A DNA stretch of 13,056 nt from Myxococcota bacterium. GTDB lineage: Bacteria > Myxococcota > XYA12-FULL-58-9 > JALHOP01. The number at the start of each line of letters is the position of its first letter. Positions within the stretch are counted from its first letter, which is position 1. The DNA lies in NCBI GenBank assembly GCA_041288095.1, contig JBGGMJ010000016.1, positions 1-13,056 on the forward strand. Reading direction: 5' to 3'. The position numbers were made by a program, and so were the translations under genes. Of the stretch, positions 1 to 7,171 are shown piece after piece. The notes under the pieces are model-generated. The model was not told the origin of the DNA, made no database searches, and saw only the letters and a program-made list of their open reading frames with translations.

Positions 1-387
1 AAGAGGGTTCGTGTCAATCCCGCGCTCGCCGATGTTCCGCCCGGAACGGTAACGGCCCAGCTGTCCTACGACGCTGACGAGCGTCCCCGTGGCGTGAGTG
101 GTTGCGACTCCCCGAACAAATGCGGAGCGCCGAGCCAGCCACGCTTCGAGGTGGCCATGGCCCCGGACGGCGACCCGTATGCAAACTTCCAGGTAGTCAT
201 GCGCGACGCCGACAGCGGTGAGGAACGACGCGTCTTGGCCAGCGGAGAGCCTGACCGAGAGGGCGTCGTGCATTTGCAGCTGGCCGATTGGATGGATGGC
301 GCACGAGGATGCATCATGCTGGCCGGCGTCGGCTGGGGCGGCGCCGTCGGCCCAGCGCTCGACCTCGGCTGTATTCGCCGACAGTAG
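1..387 (+). CDS. Hypothetical protein, C-terminal part (5' end outside window)
   Basis: The frame of ORF 94..387 is open from base 1 (KRVRVNPALADVPPGTVTAQLSYDADERPRGVSGCDSPNKCG...) to TAG at 385-387, 36 bp before miaB on the same strand. Four Cys; no family recognised. Confidence 0.6.
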   Translation, partial: KRVRVNPALADVPPGTVTAQLSYDADERPRGVSGCDSPNKCGAPSQPRFEVAMAPDGDPYANFQVVMRDADSGEERRVLASGEPDREGVVHLQLADWMDGARGCIMLAGVGWGGAVGPALDLGCIRRQ

Positions 388-423
388 ACAGTCCAGGCGC
401 AAAAACGCTATCCGGCCGCACGG

Positions 424-1911
424 ATGTCGCGCCAGGTCTACATCGAAACCTACGGCTGCCAGATGAACGAGCTCGACTCCGAGCTCGTGCAGGGCCAGCT
501 CGAGGCGCTGGGCTACGGCTTCACCGCCAAAGCGGACGAGGCCGACGTCGTGTTGCTCAACACCTGCTCGGTGCGCGAGCACAGTGAGCACAAGGTCTGG
601 TCGTACCTGGGGCGTCTCGGGCAGGCCAAGCGCGAGCAGGGCCGTGAGGTCGTCGTCGGTGTCCTCGGGTGCATGGCCGAGCGCGAGGCCGGCAACATCT
701 TCACGCGCATGCCGCACGTCGACTTGGTGTGCGGGCCATCGATGCTCGACAAGCTGCCGTCGCTCCTCGACAACGTCGTGCAGTCCAAGTCGCGCCAGTC
801 CGCGTTGACGGGCCATACAGCCAGGCGCAGCGCGACGCTCGACGCGGCCATGGACGGCATCGAGGCGATGGACCTGTCGCGCGCTTTCTCACCATACGCC
901 AACGACCGCGAAAGCGGAATCCAGAAGCGTCAGGCCTACGTGCGTATCACCCGCGGCTGCAACAAGTTCTGCAGCTTCTGCGTCGTGCCATATACACGCG
1001 GGCCCGAGGTCCACCGCCCCGCTCAGCACATCATCGACGAGGTGAAACGGCTCGTCGACGCGGGCGTGCTCGAAGTCACGCTCATCGGTCAAACGATCAA
1101 CCACTATCACCACGAAGGCACGAGCTTCGCGCAGCTCCTTTATCGCGTTCACGAGGAAGTCCCCGACCTCGCGCGTCTGCGCTTTCTCACCTCGTATCCG
1201 CGCGATTTCACGGACGAGGCTCTCGACGTCATGGCGGCGTGTGACCGCATCGCCAAGTACCTGCACGTGCCCGCGCAGAGCGGCTCCGACCGCATGCTCA
1301 AGCTCATGAATCGCGGCTACACCGTCGGTGAGTACATGGACTTGCTCGATCGCGCTCGGGCGCGCATGCCCAGCGTCCGCCTCGCCGGCGACATGATCGT
1401 CGGCTTTCCTACCGAGACCGATGAGGACCACCTCATGTCGCTGCAGCTCCTCGAGCGTGCACGCTACAAGAGCTGCTACGCCTTCAAGTACTCGCCGCGC
1501 CCCGGCACGGTTTCATCGCGCCGCTACGAAGACGATGTGCCGGACGAGGTCAAGCGCGCTCGAAACCAAAGCATGCTCGAGGTGCTGACCAGCACGAGCA
1601 TCGCGAACAACCAATCGCGCGTCGGTCAGGTGCTCGACGTCATCGTCGAGAGCGAGACCAGATTGCGCCGCGAGAGCGCGCCCATCGATGGTGTCGTCGT
1701 CGGTTGGGCCAAGAAGGAATCTGTCCGACTGATCGGACGCACCGACGGTGACGAGATCGTCGCTTTCGACGGTCCCCGCTCACTCCTCGGTAGCATGACC
1801 AAGGTGCGCGCTTTGTCCGCTACGGCGGTCACGATTCTCGGCGAGCACGTAGGCCAGCGCCAGCAAAAGGCCCACCACGGCGCAACCCCACCACAGGTAG
1901 AGGGGCCCTAG
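424..1911 (+). CDS. miaB: tRNA-2-methylthio-N6-dimethylallyladenosine synthase (radical SAM methylthiotransferase)
   Basis: N-terminal MTTase/UPF0004 cysteine motifs ETYGCQMN, NTCSVRE and LGCMA. Radical SAM CxxxCxxC motif RGCNKFCSFCVVPYTRG (Cys codons 958-981). Also HVPAQSGSD, DMIVGFPTET, FKYSPRPGT, and a C-terminal TRAM domain (LIGRT...ILGE). Confidence 0.96.
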   Translation: MSRQVYIETYGCQMNELDSELVQGQLEALGYGFTAKADEADVVLLNTCSVREHSEHKVWSYLGRLGQAKREQGREVVVGVLGCMAEREAGNIFTRMPHVDLVCGPSMLDKLPSLLDNVVQSKSRQSALTGHTARRSATLDAAMDGIEAMDLSRAFSPYANDRESGIQKRQAYVRITRGCNKFCSFCVVPYTRGPEVHRPAQHIIDEVKRLVDAGVLEVTLIGQTINHYHHEGTSFAQLLYRVHEEVPDLARLRFLTSYPRDFTDEALDVMAACDRIAKYLHVPAQSGSDRMLKLMNRGYTVGEYMDLLDRARARMPSVRLAGDMIVGFPTETDEDHLMSLQLLERARYKSCYAFKYSPRPGTVSSRRYEDDVPDEVKRARNQSMLEVLTSTSIANNQSRVGQVLDVIVESETRLRRESAPIDGVVVGWAKKESVRLIGRTDGDEIVAFDGPRSLLGSMTKVRALSATAVTILGEHVGQRQQKAHHGATPPQVEGP

Positions 1912-2994
1912 TCGCTGGTAGACGAGCGTGCCCACGAACGGCGCCACGAGTCGGCCGCCGGCGTGAGCAGCGAAGGTCATGCCCATGTAGCGTCCGGTCT
2001 CGCCGGGTGGCGCCGCTTTGGCGACGTGCGTGTTCAACGCCGGAAAGATCACCAGCTCGCCAAGGGTGAAGATGGTCATCGCGGTGACCGCCATGGCGTA
2101 CTCTGACGTGAACGGCAGCAGCAGGTAACCGCCCGCGAAGCCGACGAGCCCACCGGCGATGACTCGGAGCGTCGGCATGCTCGCGAGCCGCGCCGCCGCC
2201 GGGACCTGCGAGAAGGTGATGATCAGCGTGTTCACCACGACGAGGAGCCCAATCCGTCGTTCGGAGAAGCCGTTGACCACGTTGTGGTAGAGCGGGGCGG
2301 TCGTGAACATCTGGATCAAGAGCGCCGAGACGACGACCTGTCCACCGATGAGCAGCGCGACACCCGAGGGGCGACGCGCTTCGCTCTTTTCCCTCGCTGC
2401 GCGCGGGGCGGCTGTTCCTTCTTTCACGTAGAGTAGGGTGAGCACGGCGCCGGCGAACGCAGCCGCGGCATCGACGTAGAAGAGCGCCGGGTAGGAGATC
2501 GCGGCGAGGAAGCCGCCGACGCCCGCGCCGATACTCACGCCGAGATTCACCGCCAGCTGCATCAACCCGAACGCGCGCCCCATGTCCTCGGGCCGCGCCG
2601 CACCCGCCAGCGCCGCCGTGTTGGCCGGCCGCACCGCTTCACCAAACGCCGCGAGCACGAACATCGCCACCATGAGCCAGTCGACGTCCGGGATGCGGCT
2701 GATGAGCACGAAGCCTATGGCGTTGCTGGTGAGGCTCGCCACCATGATGCGCTTGGGGCCGAGCCTGTCGACCAGGGCGCCGCCGGCGATGACACCGACG
2801 ACGGCTCCGGCACCGTGCGCCGTGAGCACGCGGCCCACGGTCTCGACATCGGCCCCGAGGTGATTGCTTACGTAGAGGCTCAGGAAGGTGATCACCATCG
2901 AGCCGACGCGGTTCACCAAGCAGACGACCGCGAGGATCCACACGCGCGGCGGCAGGCCGCGGTAGGTCGATAGATAACCTTCGAGCCAGCTCAC
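1780..2994 (-). CDS. Major facilitator superfamily transporter (DHA1/MdtH-like; substrate unknown)
   Basis: 404 aa with about 12 hydrophobic segments. MFS motif A (GALVDRLGPKR) and motif-C-like NLGVSIGAGVGG. GTG start overlaps the upstream TGA (GTGA, 2991-2994). Confidence 0.92.
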   Translation of the reverse strand: MSWLEGYLSTYRGLPPRVWILAVVCLVNRVGSMVITFLSLYVSNHLGADVETVGRVLTAHGAGAVVGVIAGGALVDRLGPKRIMVASLTSNAIGFVLISRIPDVDWLMVAMFVLAAFGEAVRPANTAALAGAARPEDMGRAFGLMQLAVNLGVSIGAGVGGFLAAISYPALFYVDAAAAFAGAVLTLLYVKEGTAAPRAAREKSEARRPSGVALLIGGQVVVSALLIQMFTTAPLYHNVVNGFSERRIGLLVVVNTLIITFSQVPAAARLASMPTLRVIAGGLVGFAGGYLLLPFTSEYAMAVTAMTIFTLGELVIFPALNTHVAKAAPPGETGRYMGMTFAAHAGGRLVAPFVGTLVYQRLGPLYLWWGCAVVGLLLALAYVLAENRDRRSGQSAHLGHATEE

Positions 2995-3704
2995 TCGAGA
3001 TCGAAGATCACCGACACGCTCGCGCTGATGGTGATCTGACCCGGCGCGAAGCCCTCGGTGCCTTCTCCGCCCGGGCCGGCGCTCTGCATCACGTTCTGCG
3101 ACATCGGACCGTTGTTGCCGCGGTGACTCCAGTAATAGCCGCCGCCGCCACCTTCGCTGATGCTCGAAACCTTCCCGACCTTCATGCCGAGCTCGCCAGC
3201 CATGGCCACCGCCTTTTCGCGCGCCGCCTTCAAGGCCATGGCGCGGGCGTGGTCGCGATGTTTGCGCAGCTCGCTCGAGCGGAAATCGATGCCGTCGACC
3301 TTGTTGACGCCGGCTTCGAGCAGCGCGGTGACCACCGCCTCGAAGCGCTTCACGTCACGCAAGGTGATGGCGACGCTGCGGCGTACGCTATAGCCGTCAG
3401 GCTGAGCGAGGCGTGTGTGGCCGTAGCTCGAGCTCTCGAAGATCGGCTCCATGCTCATGTTGTCCGTCTGGATGTCCTTGGCCTCGATACCGAGCTTGGC
3501 CGCGGTAGCGAGCGTCTTCTTCAGACGCTCGTCGTTCACGTCCTTGGCCTTGGCGATCGCCTTCTCCCAGGACTCGACGGCGAGCAGGAGCTGCACGGTG
3601 TCGGGCGCGACGCGAACGTCGGCGCTGCCGGAAACCGAGATGCTTCGGGGCGATGGTTGCATGGGCGCGGCTCCGATGAGTGCCAGAGTGAGGAGGATGG
3701 ACAT
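2991..3704 (-). CDS. SIMPL / DUF541 domain periplasmic protein (YggE/BP26-like)
   Basis: Hydrophobic signal-like N-terminus. Typical SIMPL motifs ISVSGSADVRVAPD, GVNKVDGIDF, ARAMALKAAREKAVAMAGELGMKVGKVSSISE and C-terminal PGQITISASVSVIFDL. Confidence 0.9.
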   Translation of the reverse strand: MSILLTLALIGAAPMQPSPRSISVSGSADVRVAPDTVQLLLAVESWEKAIAKAKDVNDERLKKTLATAAKLGIEAKDIQTDNMSMEPIFESSSYGHTRLAQPDGYSVRRSVAITLRDVKRFEAVVTALLEAGVNKVDGIDFRSSELRKHRDHARAMALKAAREKAVAMAGELGMKVGKVSSISEGGGGGYYWSHRGNNGPMSQNVMQSAGPGGEGTEGFAPGQITISASVSVIFDLE

Positions 3705-3728
3705 GGTTTTGGGTTATAACGGGTGACC
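3705..3728. promoter_or_regulatory. Putative bidirectional promoter core (palindrome GTTATAAC, 3713-3720)
   Basis: AT-rich patch between divergent genes only 18-24 bp apart. TATAAC reads on both strands. There is no clear Shine-Dalgarno sequence for either gene. The hexamer lacks the conserved final T of TATAAT. Confidence 0.45.
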
Positions 3729-4049
3729 GTGTACGACTGCCAACGTTGTGGTGCTTGCTGCACCAACACCACCGCCAACGAGAGCGAAGGCTACCGCGAC
3801 TATGTCGCCGTCGAGCCTGGGGACGGCATCCGTAAGCGCAAAGACCTGATGAAGCGCTTCGTCATCTTGAACAACGAGGGCGAGGCGCACCTGAAGCTCG
3901 ATGCCGAGGGCCGCTGCGCGGCGCTACGGGGGGCGCTGGGACGAAAGGTCTGGTGTGTCATCTACGCCGACCGCCCCAGCCCCTGCCGCCGGGTCGAAGC
4001 CGGCAGCAAGCTCTGTCTGACGTACCGTCGTGACAAGGGCATCGATTGA
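3729..4049 (+). CDS. YkgJ-family cysteine cluster protein (CxxCxxCC; putative Zn or Fe-S binding)
   Basis: DCQRCGACC at the N-terminus, GRCAAL, then CVIYADRPSPCR. The start is GTG at 3723 or 3729; 3729 is preferred because it is symmetric with the divergent start (see findings). Confidence 0.88.
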   Translation: MYDCQRCGACCTNTTANESEGYRDYVAVEPGDGIRKRKDLMKRFVILNNEGEAHLKLDAEGRCAALRGALGRKVWCVIYADRPSPCRRVEAGSKLCLTYRRDKGID

Positions 4050-4085
4050 CGGTGCCGCGTACGCAACTTCCTCGAAGCGGCACCG
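4050..4085 (+). repeat. 9-bp perfect inverted repeat (stem-loop) immediately after the YkgJ-like stop codon
   Basis: CGGTGCCGC (4050-4058) and GCGGCACCG (4077-4085) with an 18-nt loop. No U-tract follows, so it is not a canonical intrinsic terminator. Confidence 0.6.
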
Positions 4086-4089
4086 ATAA
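4063..4089 (+). promoter_or_regulatory. Putative sigma-28 (FliA/WhiG-type) promoter
   Basis: GCAACTTC-N11-ACCGATAA compared with the consensus TAAAGTTT-N11-GCCGATAA: -10 matches 7/8, -35 matches 4/8, spacing exact. Confidence 0.4.
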
Positions 4090-4238
4090 GGTGGACATCA
4101 GAAAGAGCTTTCGGGCTCCCTATCCTTCGAATCGTCCGCTGTAGCGGTGGCACCCACTGCTCGCGGATCAGCGCACTATTTCCGGAACCATCTCATTTTT
4201 CGAACGATACGATGCTTCGCCCCGCCGCGGAGACATCG

Positions 4239-5411
4239 ATGCAACCAGTTCGTGACGTTCCTCCTGGTCGTTCTCTTCTTCCTGGCCTCCCGTCTTCGGT
4301 GCCCCCGAAGCCGTCGTTCGTCGACAGTCAGTCGACGCAGCTAAACTTTGCCTCCGGTGGGCAGGCTGTCGATCAAGCCTCGTTCGACAAAGCCATGGCC
4401 GAGAAGGACAAGGGTCGTTGGTGGCGTCCGCTCGTCGCCATGGCCGCCGCCGGCGCCGCTGGTGTCGGTGTCGCGCTCGGCATCGGCGCATTGGCTCCCG
4501 CTCTCAGCCCGCTCGTCGTGAGCGGCGCGACCGCCGTCGCCGGCGCGGGTACCTACTTCCTCGCGCAGAAGCTCCTGCAGCCCAAGAGCACGCTGCCCCC
4601 GGCTACCAGTCAGGAAGAGTTCGACAAGGCGCAAGCCGCGAAGAACACCAAGGCGTGGTGGAAGTCCGGAGTGCTCGCCCTGGGCGCCCTCCTGGCGACC
4701 GGCGCGCTCGGCATCGGCGTCGACATGGGTCTCAAGGCGCTGCTCTCCCCGACCATGGCGTCGACGATTCAAACCGCGATCAGCCCGGCACTCTGGGGCT
4801 TCACGAACGCTATCGCGGGCGCTGTCACCTTCTTGTTCATTCAGAAAGTGACCGAGCCGGTCGGCGCCTTCATCTCGCGCTGGTCCGCCAAGGGCAGCCC
4901 GATTCAGTCGACCCACACGCCCGAGATCTTCAAGTCGTTCATCGACATCAACGAAGGCGCGAACGCGGTCAACTCGCTCGCTCTCTCGGGTGCCATTTCG
5001 GTCAACTCGTTGAAGAATCAGCTGCAAGACACGATTCGCGATGCGCGCTTGTTCATCGATTCCGCGAGCCTGTCGTGGGACGCCGACGAAGCAGCGGCGA
5101 AGATCAAGCAGGCAGGCTCGATGCTCGGCCGCACGCTGATCGCCACCGAGACCTTGAACTTCAGCGTCACGCCGGACTTCCCGGGTGTCATGAAGCTGCT
5201 GCACGAGGCGCTCGGCGCGTACTTCGAGGACCTACCCGAAGCGACGCGTAACGAGTTGATCGCCGCGGCCATCGAGGCTGTCAAAGCGCGTCGTCCGGCG
5301 CCGGCCGATCCGCGCATCCCAACCACAGAGGCGGCCATCAAGGCCTACTACTTGCCGATGCTCGAAGGCGTCATCAACGGCAAGGTGGCGGTGCAGAATG
5401 TTTCGCACTGA
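4239..5411 (+). CDS. Uncharacterised membrane-associated protein A (390 aa; two tandem Gly/Ala-rich hairpin repeats plus a helical domain)
   Basis: Long ORF with GC3-rich codon usage. ATG 4239 has GGAG at 4229-4232 (6-nt spacing), so it is preferred over ATG 4212. Internal repeat present, and the protein resembles the downstream one. Confidence 0.85.
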   Translation: MQPVRDVPPGRSLLPGLPSSVPPKPSFVDSQSTQLNFASGGQAVDQASFDKAMAEKDKGRWWRPLVAMAAAGAAGVGVALGIGALAPALSPLVVSGATAVAGAGTYFLAQKLLQPKSTLPPATSQEEFDKAQAAKNTKAWWKSGVLALGALLATGALGIGVDMGLKALLSPTMASTIQTAISPALWGFTNAIAGAVTFLFIQKVTEPVGAFISRWSAKGSPIQSTHTPEIFKSFIDINEGANAVNSLALSGAISVNSLKNQLQDTIRDARLFIDSASLSWDADEAAAKIKQAGSMLGRTLIATETLNFSVTPDFPGVMKLLHEALGAYFEDLPEATRNELIAAAIEAVKARRPAPADPRIPTTEAAIKAYYLPMLEGVINGKVAVQNVSH

Positions 5412-7152
5412 TTTCATCAACTCGCACGGCTTGCCGGCCCTCGAAGGTCTGGCGCCCGGTGCGGTAACCGTTGCCGACCCCGGGACGCCGCAGCAGGGCC
5501 AGGGCAAGGTTCCGATCGCCGACGTCGCCGCGGCGAACAAGTCGCGCTGGATCTCGGCGGGTCTGTACGTCGCTGGCGGAGTCGTGGGCGGTCTCGCCCG
5601 ACTCGGCCTGCGCCAATGGATTCCCAACTACTCGAGCGCCGCGACGCCGCTGGTCAACATCGGCACGCAGATCGCGATGTCGCCCGGCCAACAGGCGATC
5701 CAGCTGATCACCACGCCGATCAGCGTGCTGGCTTACAAGTGGGTCTACGGTGGCAAGCAGGAGGGCGAGCCGAAACAAGTTCGCGCCATCGACCCGGCCT
5801 ACGAGGGTGACCTCGTGCGCGTCTACATCAAGCGCAGCCGGCTCGACACCTGGGTCGCCGGGCCCGTGTCGGACTTCGGCACGTACCTGCAGGTCACGAA
5901 GAATAGCTGCCAGGTCGTTTCGAAGCGTCTGCAAGCCAACGACATCGACGGTGCCGCGCGTGTCCTCGCCTCGGCGCTGTTCTACGACCGCCAGCTCTGG
6001 GCGCAGCACCAGCCGGAAGGTGCGACCGCGTACGAGCTGATGTTCATCGACTTGCACTCCTACTTCGAGGGTCTCTCCCCAGCCGCGATCGCGGACTTGA
6101 AGAAGGCGACCATCGCCGAAGCTCTTCGGCTCGACGCGGGCAAGGACAAGGGTCTCGAGAAGTACGTCGGGATCATGGTCGACGGGCTCACCTCGGACAA
6201 ACCGCCGCAGGCTTTGCAGCAGCCGTGGGGCGACGAGGCAGCGGCGCTGGCGATCTCGGATCACACCCAGAAGGACGCCGGGACCTGGGCCAAGGAGCTC
6301 ATCGATGAAGCGCTCGACAAGACGCTTCGCGGTAAGGGCTGGCAGGAGCAGATGCAGATCAAGAAGGACTTCAACAAAGCGTTGAAGACCGTCGTCAAGG
6401 ATCTGCAGGAGCTCGAGACGGGCACGGGTCGGCTCGCCACCCCGGACGAGCTCTGGCGCTTGATGAACAGCGCCATGGCCAAGGACGCCGGCAAGAGCCT
6501 CGAGCTCAAAGCGGCGCTCATCTCGGTCGGCGTGTTCGTGCTGCTCTCCGGCGGCGCGACGTTCGCGTACGCGAAAGCGTTACCCTTGGTGCCTGGTTGG
6601 TCGCAGGCCGGCTTCGGCCAGATCATCCCAACGGTCATCAGCTACCTGACGATCACGGCGCGTTTTGGTCTCGAGAAGTTCATCGCCTTCGGCCGCGCGC
6701 TCGGTTGGGCGGGCACCTCTCGCGCGACGCTCGGCAAGACGGTGGACCGCGACTTCCGTAACATGCGCGTGCGCACCGCCATGGTGGACCGCCGCGTGAC
6801 CTCGTGGTTGTCGCTGTTCAGCAACTTCACCGGTGGCCTGCAGAAGTACGCGATCGACGCGGCGGCCTTGGTTCAGAAAGGCAAGATCGACCAGGCGGCG
6901 GGTCTCCTCGCCGGCATGCAGAAGATGGCACACCAGTCGTTCTTCTACTTCTGGCCCTTCACCAAGCTGATGCACCGGGTGTTCGAGCGTATCGGCCCGA
7001 ACTTCGACGGCATCACCAAGGCGCAGCGTGACGAGCTCGCGACCAAGGTGCTGGCGCGCCTCGAGGCGATGGGCACCGACAAGGGCACCATGGCGACGTA
7101 TCACAAGCCGTTCATCGAAGGCTTGTTGGGCCGTAACGTCAGAGTGGTCTAG
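5398..7152 (+). CDS. Uncharacterised membrane-associated protein B (584 aa; two copies of the module shared with protein A)
   Basis: Long ORF with GC3-rich codon usage. It overlaps the end of gene A by 14 bp, with SD-like AAGGTGG at 5382-5388. Hydrophobic segments at about aa 51-117 and 372-437. Confidence 0.87.
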   Translation: MFRTDFINSHGLPALEGLAPGAVTVADPGTPQQGQGKVPIADVAAANKSRWISAGLYVAGGVVGGLARLGLRQWIPNYSSAATPLVNIGTQIAMSPGQQAIQLITTPISVLAYKWVYGGKQEGEPKQVRAIDPAYEGDLVRVYIKRSRLDTWVAGPVSDFGTYLQVTKNSCQVVSKRLQANDIDGAARVLASALFYDRQLWAQHQPEGATAYELMFIDLHSYFEGLSPAAIADLKKATIAEALRLDAGKDKGLEKYVGIMVDGLTSDKPPQALQQPWGDEAAALAISDHTQKDAGTWAKELIDEALDKTLRGKGWQEQMQIKKDFNKALKTVVKDLQELETGTGRLATPDELWRLMNSAMAKDAGKSLELKAALISVGVFVLLSGGATFAYAKALPLVPGWSQAGFGQIIPTVISYLTITARFGLEKFIAFGRALGWAGTSRATLGKTVDRDFRNMRVRTAMVDRRVTSWLSLFSNFTGGLQKYAIDAAALVQKGKIDQAAGLLAGMQKMAHQSFFYFWPFTKLMHRVFERIGPNFDGITKAQRDELATKVLARLEAMGTDKGTMATYHKPFIEGLLGRNVRVV

Positions 7153-7171
7153 CTCACGCGGCGGCAGCGGG

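Noticed and set aside
4091-4170. Possible SAM-I-type riboswitch or tRNA in the intergenic region
   Set aside because: The conserved SAM-I core elements and a tRNA cloverleaf with T-loop could not be built; only generic hairpins are supported.
4212-4238. ATG 4212 as the start of protein A
   Set aside because: No SD sequence upstream, whereas ATG 4239 has a well-spaced GGAG.
5398-5411. Genes A and B as a single frameshifted gene or pseudogene
   Set aside because: A ends just after a complete module, as B does, and B has its own SD-like site and N-terminal leader. The short overlap fits translational coupling.
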